DNA of 64,000 bases from Lama guanicoe (taxonomy: Eukaryota): contig MU053881.1 in NCBI GenBank assembly GCA_013239625.1, positions 3,226,001 through 3,290,000 of the forward strand, read 5' to 3'. A program made the position numbers and the translations under genes. How positions within the stretch are numbered: position 1 is the stretch's first letter; every line of letters starts with the position of its first letter. Under the pieces are notes generated by a model, which saw only the letters and a program-made list of their open reading frames with translations, searched no databases and was not told the origin of the DNA. This document shows positions 1 through 12,034 of the stretch, piece after piece.

Positions 1-1569
1 GTGGCTGAATTAATGTGCACTCCTCACCCGTGTATACGAGTTCCTGCTGCTTCACATCTTCCAGACACGCGTATGGTCAGAATTTTTAATTTTTTCCAAT
101 CTGATGGGTCTGAATCAGTATCTTGCATCTTAGAATTTACATCTCCCCGACAGCTAATGAGGTCAAGCGTTCTTTCATTTGTGGTTTGGCTCTTTCTATT
201 TCCATTCCTTTAAATTTCCTGGTCACTTTGCTTTATATTTAGTTTTGAATGTTTTGGTTAAGCAAACAATAATTTTTTTATTATGAAAGCTTTCTAACAT
301 CCTGAGAAGTAGAGATGAGAATAATATAAGGGTAACTGCGTGCATCATCACCCAGCTTGACAGTTATTAACATGTGCCTTTCTTGCTTTCTCAAACTGGA
401 ATTTTTTTTTTTTTGGTGGGGGAGGGTAGAGCTGGACTATTTTAAGTCAAACTGGAGACATCATGTGAGTCTGCCCATAAAAACAACAGTGTGACGTCCT
501 ATGAGACGAAGACTTTCAGAAAATCACGCTCAACCAAAGTACTCAGAATCCCTTGATATCATCCAATGTCCAACCTACGTTCGGTGAGACCCACGCACCA
601 CGTTGGGTTGATGTCTCTCCTAAATGCCTTTTACTCCACAGGACTTCCTTCTCCCACTTCTCCTTCTCCTTTTGCTCCGTTGGCTGGGGAAACTGGGTCA
701 TGTCTCCAGCAGCACTTTGCATATTCTACGTTTAACGGGTTGCTTCCTCCTGCTGTAGTTAACGTGCTGGTCTATCTTTGTGTTTCCTCTAAACCAGTTA
801 GAGTTAGAGGCTTGGTTAGAGTCCAATTCATTCTTTTCTTTTTTGGCAAGTGTTACCCATGGGTCGTGCTGTTCATTTCCTATCGCTGTGCATCAAGGCA
901 TCCCTAACGTCTGTTGTCCCACATTTTTAAGAATGATTAGCAAGTTCAGATGGCGTCAGTGGAGCTCACCGTCATAAAGCTCACTGTCACACCCCTGGTG
1001 ATCACTGTCCGGATCAGGCACTGCAACAGGGGTGATGATGCCTCCGAGGAGTCAAACATTTGTTCTTGAACAAGAGTAGGAAAAAATCTTATTTTTCTAT
1101 GTATAAAGCATAGGTGTACATATTTTACATAAACAGATATACAGTATATTTGTGGTATTAAAATTTCACGGGAGGACAGTGTGATCAGAGAGAAAAAAAG
1201 TCTAAAAAGATTCCTTTTTGTGTGGGGGGTGTGATAATGAAAAGAAGATTGAGGTGCACAGGTGTAGATGTATTATTTCATTAGGAATCGCAAACTGGTG
1301 CTTTTCTAAAGCTTTGGTTCTTCTATAAAGGAGAAAATTGTCCTTATCAATTCATTGGTTTCCCTGAAATCTAATCCGTGCAGATAAAGCAAGATAAACG
1401 CTTAAATTTTATTCTTTATCAGTTTTCAGCACAATGAGTTGGTGCTTAGAAGCCTCCATTGGTTCTTTATCAATGAGATTTTTAAAAAAATTATCATTGA
1501 GAACTTAGAGATGTCATATAATTTGTGCCTTTTTTCAATCTATTTCAATGAATAGTCTTTTTTGAATAT

Positions 1570-1815
1570 ATTTTTATTGAAGTAGAGTCAGTTTACAATG
1601 TTGGGTCAATTCCTGGTGTACAGCACAGTGCTTCAGTCATATAGGAACATACATATATTCGTTTTCATATTCTTTTTCACCATAAATTACTACAAGATAT
1701 TGAATAGAGTTCCCTGTGCTGTACAGTATACACTTGTTGCTTATTCACTGTATATATATTAGTTAGTATCTGCAAATCTTGAACTCCCAGTTTAGCCTTT
1801 CCTACCCACTTCCCC
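1570..1815 (-). mobile_element. L1 3' end fragment
   Basis: TTTTTATTGAAGTAGAGTCAGTTTACAATGTTG...GGTGTACAGCA; reverse complement of the L1 tails at 39.1 and 51.4 kb. Confidence 0.8.
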
Positions 1816-2729
1816 CCTGATATTTCAGTGAATACTCTTGATGCTCAAATTAATCTCACTTTGGCCAATGAGAGCCCCTTTGAATAGGCTCCCAATTGTC
1901 TCATAGATTCTTGCTTCCCAGTCATGACAAGATGGCCCAGATTTACCTTTGATGCGTCTTGCACCAGATCTTCAAACACCCATTTCTCGGAGGAGCACTG
2001 GTTGTTTTCAGAGAGAAACGCTATTTAGAGGCCACGAGTGCTCAGGGTGCTCATTGTTAACCTGGTTGTCCATGCTCCTGGTTGCTTTCAGTGGACAGAA
2101 AGAGGAAGTAAGCATTTTCAGAAAAGGAAAAAATAATGAATGCATACAGCTATTTCCAACTCAAACGAAAGATCAGAATTTATGGTTAACAGTTTTGATA
2201 CATTTTTGTTTATTCTTTTATGCTAATTATCTTGGTTTCCAATAAAATTAATTACATGTTGACTTTCTCCTACTACACTTACACATATAAGATATAATTA
2301 TGTACCTATATATAAACACACACATATATATGCTTTACGTAACAATACTAATCTTTTTACTAAATATTTGACTACTGAATTCAGTTAAAAAAAGCTCTGT
2401 TTCTTCTGTTACTTTAAAAAAGTAACTTGAAATAATCCTTCTGTGTGTAGTTATGTCATTAATTCCTTCATCTACATGGTTTTAAAATAAAAACTATAAA
2501 ACAGGATACATTCAGAGAAGTCTAGCTTCCATCCCTGTCTATTTCTTCTGGTATTTGGAAAGTGTTGCATTATCATTCCAATGGTTACCTCCATAGTAAC
2601 AACTTTCTGTAATACTTAGTCCATTTTTCATTAGTTAGTATCTCCTGGTTTCCTACTATAAGAAATATTGGAATTAACCAAGAATTTTTTCACCTTCCTC
2701 TCTTTCTTCCTCAACATGCCTTGAATTTT

Positions 2730-3240
2730 ATTTTTTATTTCAGCTTTACTGAGGTATAATTGACATACACAATTGTACGACATTTAAAGTGCACATCATG
2801 ATGATTTGAGAGATGTACACATTGTGAAATGATTCTTGCCATCAAGTGAATTAATGAACCATCACCTCACGTATATATTTATCTTTTTTTTTTTTTGATG
2901 AGGACATTAAGTTTCACTCTCCTAGGAAATTTCAGTTACACAGTATAAAGTTATCAGCTATAACCATGTTTACACTAGATCCCAACACCTTATTCATCAT
3001 GTAGCTGAAGTTTGTGCCTGTTTATTAATCTCTTCCTATTTCTCTGGTTCCCAGCTCCTGGCAACCACTTCTCTACTCTCCGTTTCTATGAGTATGACTT
3101 TTTTTTTTCTTTTTCATTTTTATGTCACATATCAGTGACATGACACAGTATTTATCTTTCTCTCTTTGGCTGATTCCACTTGGTATAATACACTCAAGAT
3201 CCATCCACGTTGTCACACATGACAGGGTGTCCTTTCCTTT
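2730..3240 (-). mobile_element. Older L1 3' end fragment
   Basis: CAGCTTTACTGAGGTATAATTGACATAC...CCTGGCAACCACTTCTCTACTCTC...ATCCATCCACGTTGTC, a typical L1M 3'UTR pattern. Confidence 0.75.
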
Positions 3241-3385
3241 AATGTTGAAATTAACTGAGAATTTTTTTCATCCTCTTCTCCCTCTTTCTCAGCATATATT
3301 TTAAAGTAGTATCTTTTTACTTCTTATTACTACAAATGGGCTGTTGATGAAATGATTCTACTTTTCATGTATTTTCTCCTGTATA

Positions 3386-3642
3386 TTTTTTGGGGAGGAG
3401 GGGGAGGTAATTGGATTTATCCATTTATTTAGTTTATATCTATCCATTTATTTATATATATCTATTATATTTGTTATTTATTATTATTATATATTTTTAT
3501 ATTTATGTTTTGTATTTATTATTATATTTACATATATTTATATTGATTTATATCTATTCATTTATTTAGTGGAGGTACTGGGGATTGAGCCCAGGACCTC
3601 GTGCATGCTAGTCATGCACTCTGCTAATGAGCTATACCCTCC
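3386..3642 (-). mobile_element. tRNA-Ala-derived SINE (vic-1-like) with expanded AT-rich tail
   Basis: GGAGGTACTGGGGATTGAGCCCAGGACCTCGTGCATGCTAG...GAGCTATACCCTCC is the reverse complement of the SINE head. Confidence 0.85.
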
Positions 3643-4915
3643 TCCTGCTTTCCCTATATTTTGAATTGTATTATACCTCATTGTCAAGAGCATGTAATGA
3701 TTAGCTACTAGTTTATTCCCCTCACCCCATCACTTAGTCTTACTTCCATCGGTAAACCCACTCAGTGCTCCCTACCAGCCCTTACACTGGGTCTTGTGCC
3801 CTCATTTTCTCATTGTCTGAATCTTGTTCTTTAGTAGATTTCTCAGGAAAGCATCATGGGAACACCATTATTAGAGTTCTCAGCTATTCATAACAATCTG
3901 AGCTGTGGTCTTTTCACTTGATCCATTTGACTGGATAGAAAGTCCTTGACTCTCAGTCTCTTTTCTTGAATTTCTTAAAACATGACTTTAGAATTCTGAC
4001 ATAGTGTCTCTGATGACAAGTTTGATTCCAACATCAGTATGTCTTAAGTAATTTGTTCATCTTGTCTGGATACCCAACGTACTTTTCCTTATGAAGTCTA
4101 AACATTTTACTAAAATATGGCATGGTGTTGACCATTTGGGGTTGCTTTTCCCAGATTATATAATTCAAGCTTTTTTTTTTTTTTTGGTGGAAAATCTTAG
4201 ATTTGGAACCATCGTGCACATGTTGGACATTCTAATCTATTTTCTATGTCTGTCACTTTCTCGCCAATCTTTTCTTTTTAACTTCCTCATGTCTGTTCCA
4301 TTCTTTTTCTTTCTTTTTTTCTCTTTTCACCCTACATTTCTCTAACAGTAATTGTCTGTAGTGCCTATTAACTTGAATTCCAATTCATTCTTGAGATTTT
4401 CCAACGCTGCCTTACAGTGTTCTTTCTTTACTGCTCTCCACCCACCCCACCCCAGTTTTCTAGCTCATTTTGAAATATCAGGTTGTAATTTTCCTCTCAC
4501 TGGAGCATCTATTTCTAATATGTTGCTGTTTTCCATAGATACACTGCTGTGATAATTACCCTGTTTTTCTGACTCTTCGACCACAATCTTTCTCTGTTTG
4601 CTCATCTTTAAGGGGGTTGGGTTTTTCCATGCTTTTTGTAGGAAGTTCCTGTTGTTAAAAGATCATTTTCAGAAACATGTAAACTCATGACTCTCAGAAC
4701 AGGTGTACATATGAGCGCATGTTAAATTTTTTATTCTATTTGTTAATCAACAAGGGAACCAGGTGGATGTTGCAACCTGTTCAAAGGAAAAATCAGAAAA
4801 GCACAGATTAATGCGGAGTGTTGAATTGTAAATGATGGCAAACTTTTTGCATGTGTGTAGAGGGGTATGAGACAGGACAGAATCCACCTGTGCTATAGAA
4901 TATGCATAATTTTCA

Positions 4916-5031
4916 GGGAGAGGGTATAGCTCAGTGGTGGAACAAGGTCCTTGGTTCAATCCCCAGTACCTCCATTTTAAAAAAAATTAAATAAATGCAC
5001 TTATTACCTCCCCCAACAACAACAACAACAA
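4916..5031 (+). mobile_element. tRNA-derived SINE (vic-1-like), internally deleted
   Basis: A box and B box present; TSD AGAATATGCATAATTTTC (4897-4914) / AGAACATGCATAATTTTC (5032-5049). Confidence 0.9.
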
Positions 5032-5187
5032 AGAACATGCATAATTTTCCAGTAAAGTCAGAGACTTTTTTCTACCCTGTGCAGGCGGTAGGGGTGGGCA
5101 GCTCTCCTGGCCGCTGTGAATTGTGGACTCCCCCATAGCACAAGGGATTTGCCCACGCCCAGACCGCGCTAAGGGACTTGACCAAAC

Positions 5188-6430
5188 TAAGACGGGAGGG
5201 AAGGGGGCAGGGCACGCCATTAAAAGTTAGCATCAAGCAATTAGCATCAAGATGGAGAAAGATTCAACTCCCAGTAGACCTTGAGCTTCAATATACGCTC
5301 ACTGAAATACAAGAGTGTGCTAGATGGTCCTCCCACAGGCACCAGGACAGTTTCAAGGCTGACAGTGAAAGGTCAAAAAGGGGGTGATGGCCCAGTTCCT
5401 GGGAACCCCAGCCCCTTCCCACATAGCTGGAATGATCTTCTCACTTGTTAGCATATGAAGTTACCAAGCCCATAAAAACTAACAACTCATGACCTTTCTC
5501 TTGCCTTTTGAGGTAGCCTGCGCTCAGCCTGCTGCTGGTAAATGTAACCCGTGTCCAGCTTCCTGTCCTGCCCCAGAAAGAATTCAGAGACAAGACGCAG
5601 AGATTAAGAAAGTGAAGTGAGGGTTTATTAAGGGATGGAGAGTACACTGTCAAAGGGAGAGCAGGCAGGCTCGGGTGAGCAGCTGCCCTGACTTTCATTG
5701 GCAAGTTAGTTACAGAGTGTAAAAATAACAGGGCAGAATATTCATGAGGGACGGAACGGTCTGGGGTCGTATTCCCTGATTTTCATCCCAACTCCACCTT
5801 CCCGAAGGGAGGAAGGATTTTTGTCCTCATTTAGTCTGGATCAGAAGTGTTGCAGCATCAGAGCATGATGGGTACTTCTAATCCACAAGGCTAATTTTAT
5901 TGTAATGAGGCATAGTGAGCAAAAGGTTACATTTGGACACTGGAGAGTCCTGCCTTTTCCCACCTTCCTTGTCGGCCTGGGCAGCTCATCACCCCAAAAT
6001 GTTTGACCACTTACCAGCCCAGAGGTTCCTGCTTTACTTTCTCTGCCCAGGGGCAGCTGGTGCCTACACGAGGTATGGTCAGCTACCTTTGGCCTGTGCC
6101 CCTCTTTGCTGCCCAATTCCTGCCATTTGGCCTGTGTCCCCCTTTCTCTGTCCATATCTAGCTCTCTGCCTGCTCTAACAAGTCTATGGAGTGTGTAAAT
6201 CTACTTTTGCTTTAAACACCCAACCGTGGCCTCTCTGGTCTCCTAAGTTGGCCAATACTTGGTCCGTGGAGAGTGCCTCTCTCTGAATAAATCTACTTTT
6301 ATTCAACTATGGCTCATTCTTGAATTCTTCCCTGTGAGAAGCCAAGGACCCGCACTTGATGGGGCACATCTCAGGGACTCGCCTGGGACCTGGGACACGC
6401 ACTCCTCTTACGACCTGTTCTCTTACATCA
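5188..6430 (+). mobile_element. ERV solo LTR, family X copy A (interrupted at 5530-6180)
   Basis: Homologous to 6995-7527 and 9558-10698; contains CATAAAA and AATAAA, ends in CA; near-TSD AAAC/AAAT. Confidence 0.85.
5530..6180 (-). mobile_element. ERV solo LTR, family Y, nested in copy A
   Basis: TG...CA ends, 4-bp near-TSD AGCC/AGTC, AATAAA on the minus strand; homologous to 62806-63258. Confidence 0.85.
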
Positions 6431-6994
6431 AAATGTTAGCCTGCTTTCATCTGTACAAGGCCAGGTCTCGAAATCTGACCCCAGCCCCCGTGCTGAACCT
6501 TTACTCAAGAAAACAATACAACCAAACAAAAAAATGCACCTCATACCTTACTCCACACCGTCAAACCACTTCCGGTAATTCTCCATTTATCTCCCTTCTG
6601 TAAATGTCCATTTCCTCACAGCCCCTTTCTGTTTTCCCTTTAAAAACCTCAGTCATCTTTGTCTCAGTCAGAGCTGAGCTCACTTTGTACCTGACTCTCT
6701 CTGCCCTGCTGCCCTCATCTGAATAAAATCTGTCTTGCCGCCTTTAACCCGTGTCTCGTCCTGTTTTTCTCTGCCACTTCACAATTCTCTCTCTTCAATT
6801 GCTTCCACAAAGTATTTTTTAAAAAAAAAATCTTTCAGGGCAGTCAGCCCTCTCTTGATTTTCAGGGATCTCTCTCTTCCTGCTGAAGTATCTAACCCTT
6901 TTTCACTTTGACCCACAAACTTCCTGCCCTGGTCGGACTGCATGCTCTTCCCAGCAGTCTCCTTCCCAGCAGTTTCCCGAGTGGCTCTCTTTCC

Positions 6995-7527
6995 TGGATG
7001 CTTTGGAGAGCCTTGAGGTCCCAGAGGATGGCCATGTCCCAGGTCCCAGGCAAGTCTCCCGGATGTGCCTAATCAAGCCATCAAGTGAGGGTCCTTGGCT
7101 TCTTGCAGGGAAGAATTTAAAGGCGAGCCACAGTTGAGTAAAAACAGATTTATTCAGAGAGATGTACGCTCCATAGACAGAATGCGGGCTGTCTCAAAAG
7201 GCAAGAGAAAGGCCATGAGGTGAGGGGTTGTTAGTTTTCATGGGCTTGGTAACTTCATGTGCTAACAAGTGGAAGGATCATTCCGGCTACTGCTGGGAAG
7301 AGGCTGGGGTTCCCAGGAACTGGGCCATTACCCCTCTTTTGACTTTTTATGGTCAGCCTTGAAACTGTCCTGGCACCTGTGGGAGGACCACTTAGCATGA
7401 TCTTGTATTTCAGTGAGCGTATATTGAAGCTCAAGGTCTACTGGGAGTTGAATCTTCCTCCATCTCGGTGCTAACTGCTGTGTCATTCTTTTAATGGTTG
7501 TACCCTGCCCCCTTTCCTCCTGTCTCA
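6995..7527 (-). mobile_element. ERV solo LTR, family X copy B
   Basis: Reverse-complement homolog of copy A; minus strand starts TGAGACAGGAGG; left boundary approximate. Confidence 0.85.
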
Positions 7528-9557
7528 CCAGCACCCAGACCCTCTCCTTCTCTGTGCGCTCACCTGCCAATCAGAGTCCAGTAGGTCCCTCCCAGTTCTG
7601 TATTCGGATTTATGCCCAGTCCTCCAGGTCACCTTCTCAATGACTCACTGTTGCCAGTCTCTGCAGCTTTCAGCTCGTAGGACCTCTGGAAGTCCTGGGC
7701 TTCCCTCCAGCTGCTCCCGCACTCTGCAACCCAGGTGACCTCACCGCCATCAGTGGCTTTGTGGCGGCCTCCTGTGCTCTGGGACACTCGGTCACCTGGT
7801 TTTATTAAATGTGTTGTCTGTGGCTTCTTTTCCCTTGCTCATGCGTGTTTGTAAGAGGAGTTGGGGAGATTAAGGAGTGAGACAGCCGCTATCTCCACCA
7901 CCCTTGATTGAGCCCTTTTAGACGGGACATGTGGATGCGTGCTGTCCACAGTGCCAGGGTCCCCACCGGGTGGCTTTGCTTTCTTACTCAGGACATATTG
8001 CCTGAGTAAGGCCCCCAGAGGTTTATTTCCACATAACATTTATTTTTCTGGGACTACTTCTGTTACTCAGGGTGTGTGTGAGCATCTATCTGCTTATATT
8101 TTTCTTTATATTTTCTTTATATTTTCTCTCTTTCTAATAGCTTAAAGTCATTCCTCTCTCTCTTTGTTCCTTTCTTTGGGGGTGGGTATCCCTTCTTGTC
8201 TTTTTCTGTATTGCATTTTTTGCTTTGTAGTAAAAAGAATGAGGTTCAATGCTTCCCTCAGGCACTTTCTTAGAACTTAACCACCTGAACTTCAATTTCC
8301 TCATCTGTAAAATGGAAATGATATGAACATATCAAAGACTTTGAGAAGATGAAGACTGTGGTAGGGCCTCAAATAGTGCATTTCTGCCTCTCTAACTGGT
8401 TATAACATTGAAAACTCAAACACATTTTCCAGCCTTTTATTTGCATTCATTGAATAGTTTTGTTTTAAAAAATAGATGTGTATTCAGAAGGTTTTAAAAT
8501 TCCACTTTGAAGAAATCCCAACCCCCACCCCATCCCCTGCTGGGGAAAAAAAAGAAGAATAAGAAACCAGGTATTCAGTTGCTTTTCCTCTGCCTCTGTC
8601 AATCACTGCTCTCCCTTCTGGATCAGGGCCCCTCGCAGGAAAAAAAAAAAAAAAGGGAGGAAAAAGAAAAGAGAAAAAAGGCTTTCTGCCCATGATTCAA
8701 ATTAACCCCTTTTATGACCATATTTTTTTCTCCTGAATTGATATCTCCCCAGGCCACATGTTTTAGCCTTTTAAAAAAGCTGCCAGAAATGATTAGAACA
8801 GAGAACAAAAGGATTGGAGCCTCTGACAGGTGGAGACTCCACGCGCTTCAATTCAGTCACCTCTTTTATTATGCAAATGCGCCCCCTTGGGTCCTGCCTT
8901 CCACGTGCGATTAAATGGAAAGTCTCTTAGGATAAATGGAGCGCAGATGCGGCAATAAAGGATCCACATTTCTCAAGTCCCTTTTCCTCAGAAGCCAAAT
9001 AACTCTCCTCTCCACAGCCCCAGCTGTTTTCTTTGGAAAGTAGTCTTTGTTCCCTGGGGGAATAAATTTTGAATGACTGTTCCCGGCTATGTGCTAAAAA
9101 CAAAAACAGAGCCCCAGTTCTCTGGTTTCCTAGAGACTCCATCCAGGTTCAGATCTGGGTGGTGCTTCCTGCCTGAGAGAGGAAAGAACGGCTCACATTT
9201 TGTTCCTGACCGCTTCCTGCGCGCCAGGCAGGGTGCCAAGCCCTCTCTCCATCCATTTTCTCTCTGCAACCTCCCAACAGCCGCGTGAGGTGGGCATTTG
9301 CTTGGATTATCTCGTTTTGCAGAGAGAGGGCCCGGACTCACCCAGGTGGAGCCACTCAGCTAGTAAACACTGAAACCAGGACTGAAACCCAGAGGCAGCT
9401 TCACAGAATTGGAACCGATGGCCATCATGCCCAGAATCCCCTGGGCCTTGGGACAGGGGTGCAAGCCTGGGGTTTGTGTCATTCTGCACCCTGAACTTCT
9501 GAAAGTAGAGCCAAACATGAGGATTGGCACAGTGTGCTCAAAGGAAAAAGAAAGAAA

Positions 9558-10698
9558 TGATACAGGGAAAAATGGGGCTCGAGAGAATGCCAGTGTCCCA
9601 GGTGAGTCCCCGGGACGTGCCCCATCGAGTGAGGGTCCTTGGCTTCTTGCCGGAAAGAATTCAAGAATGAGCCACAGTTGAGTAAAAGCAGATTTATTGA
9701 GAGAGATGCACACTCCACAGACCAAGTGTAGGTGGTCTCTGAAGGCCGGAGACGTGAGAGGCTTGGCAGTGGCGGGGAGTGGTGGTTAAAGCAAAAGTAG
9801 ATACTGTGAATGAAAAATACTGCAAGCCATGTCAGTAAACAAAGAACTCTGAGGCCATCAAGTCATCAGCGGCTGCCGCCACCCCCCAGTGAAGACAAGC
9901 CTGCAGCCCAGCCTCTGCAGCCACGGCGGTGACACACTCTGAGGGCACTCAGAATAAGAAAGGACGGGATACTGGTCCTAGATAGCTAGGTGCTGGTCAA
10001 AGGAATGAATTCAATGAGCCGAAACATTTGCTCCCTCCCATACATAGAAAAGCGCTTAATTCTTTAACTTGAGATGCCTGGTTTTCTCTAATAACAGCAA
10101 TCTTTAATGTTCTGACTACCTGGTCTTTGTTGCAAAACTCCTATATATCTTGGATCCTTCCCTACCTCTTTGGAGCAGCCCCTTAGAGCCATCTGAGAGG
10201 CTGTCATCCCAGGCTTAAGTCCTCAGAATGGTCCGCCAAATAAAACATAACTCCCAACTTTTAGGTTGTACATTTATTTCAGTTGACAATACACATTCCA
10301 GAGACAGAGTGCTGGCCGTCTCAGAAGGCAAGAGGGAGAGCAACCAGGAGGTGTGGGGTTGTCAGGTTTTATGGGCTTGGGGATTTCATATGCTAAAGAG
10401 TAGGAGGACTATCCCAGCTGCTTTGGGGAAGGGGTGGGGATTCCCAGGAACTGGGCCACTGCCCGTTTTTGATCTTTTATGGTCAGCCTCAGACCGGTCA
10501 CAGCGCCGGTGGGTGTGCCATTGCCCATGCTAATATAGTCTAATGAACGCGTACTGAAGCTCAAGGTCTACTGGAGGTCGTATCTCCTGCCATCTTGGGC
10601 CGCCACGTCTGCTGGGAGCTGGTTTTCCTGCCACCTTGGTGCCAACTGCTGTGCCACTCCCTGAATGGCAGTGCCCTGCCGCCTCCCTCCCTGTCTCA
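9558..10698 (-). mobile_element. ERV solo LTR, family X copy C (interrupted at 9805-10288)
   Basis: Minus strand TGAGACAGGG...TGTATCA; homologous to copies A and B. Confidence 0.85.
9805..10288 (+). mobile_element. ERV solo LTR, family Z, nested in copy C
   Basis: TG...CA ends, perfect 4-bp TSD ATAC (9801-9804, 10289-10292), TATATA and AATAAA; homologous to 59107-59585. Confidence 0.92.
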
Positions 10699-11604
10699 GT
10701 CGAGCAGAGGGAACGTGGGCTTTGGGGCCCGACATCTGGCTTTCAGTCTCAGCCGCGCCAGGGGCTGGCAGTGCGGCTTTTCCCAAGTGAAGTTCCCTCT
10801 CTGGGTCTCACTTTGTTCATCTGTCAAATGGTGGTAGAAACAGCTCCCTCTCAAGGTTGCGGGGAGGATAAAGTAAAATGATCCAAGGGAAGCTCTTTGT
10901 TAACTTGATACCATTTTGGAGATAGAGATAGACAATTTATTGTCCAAACCAGAAAGATCGAGAACGGAGTGGCATCCAGTCAACCTGAATGCTGGACCAT
11001 TCTCCTCAGTGTGCACACTGTCACCTGGCCTCCCTGAGACTGGAAGAGAAATCCCGCAGGAGAAGGGCCCCAGGGAAGTGGTTTTAAGGTGATTAACTCA
11101 GCCTTCTAGGCGCCCGACTTTGAGTACCTTGCTCTGTCCTCCCCACTCACCAGCTCTCTGGGCCACTTCATAGAATGGAGCCATTGCTGGTTTAACACAG
11201 CAATGGTTGGGATGATTGGCGCCAGCATCTTCTGTTGTGTATTTGTATCTCTTACAGGCTGTATGATCTTGGACAAGATGTGTAACCTCTCTGTGCCTCA
11301 GTTTTGTTTCCTGCAAAATGGGTCCATGAATCTCCAAGTGCATGAGTTGTGTGAGCACTGGGTGCTTAGCACGGTCCCTGGCACATGGAAGCCCTCAGTA
11401 ACAAATAGTTTCCCTTTTTCCCTTCGCATGAACCATGAGATTGTCTGAGTATTTATTGAAATCCCAGCATCACGGAGGACGATGACAATTAGATTGAGTT
11501 GGTTGCAGCAGACTGTTAGATTTAAGTGAGTTGTGCAAGAAAAAATACCCTATTACAGGTACTTGTTGTTGCAAGTGAATACTAATGGTAACTGGAGCAG
11601 AGGT

Positions 11605-12029
11605 GATGGAGACCCCTTGGCATGTGCCCCTGGCCCTCCAGAGTTGGCCTGAAAGCTGCGCCCCTCCCACCTCAAGCTTCTGCATCTCTCTTCTCTGCCG
11701 AGGGCTTCTCTCCTTGGACAGCTGTGCCCAGACATGCGGTGGGGCTGGTCATCGCCTCCCGGGGCAACCCCTACATGCTGGGGGTGAGAGTCCAGATAAA
11801 CGTCCCAGCCTCCTGTCCTCTGGGGAGATGATATGGACGTGATTCCACACACTTCCTCGGAGGGTGCCATAAGGACCTGAGCCCCAGGTGCCCACAGCAG
11901 GAACTCACCCAAAATGACACCCAGTACCAGCTCCTTTCATTGATCCTGTTTGCATGGTGTTTCCTGGCATCGACTCATAAGTAAACCATGAATCCAAGTC
12001 CTAGTCTTTGAGGAACCCAAAAGGAGACA
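11605..12029 (+). mobile_element. Ancient ERVL LTR (LTR16-like)
   Basis: GAGGGCTTCTCT...GAGCCCCAGGTGCCCACAGCAG...GAGGAACCCAAAAGGAGACA pattern. Confidence 0.6.
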
Positions 12030-12034
12030 GCGGC

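Larger units (their letters stand above)
5115..6776 (+). mobile_element. Probable older LTR split into 5115-5187 and 6431-6776 by a nested LTR
   Basis: TG start, TTTAAAA TATA-like element, AATAAA at 6722 and CA end; the two halves flank LTR family X copy A. Confidence 0.5.

Noticed and set aside
5178..10786. Similar peptides (QLAPRW...IQLPVDLELQYTLTEIQ) in ORFs at 5178, 7328 and 10568
   Set aside because: They are translations of homologous LTR copies, short and with non-ATG or unshared starts, not a gene family.
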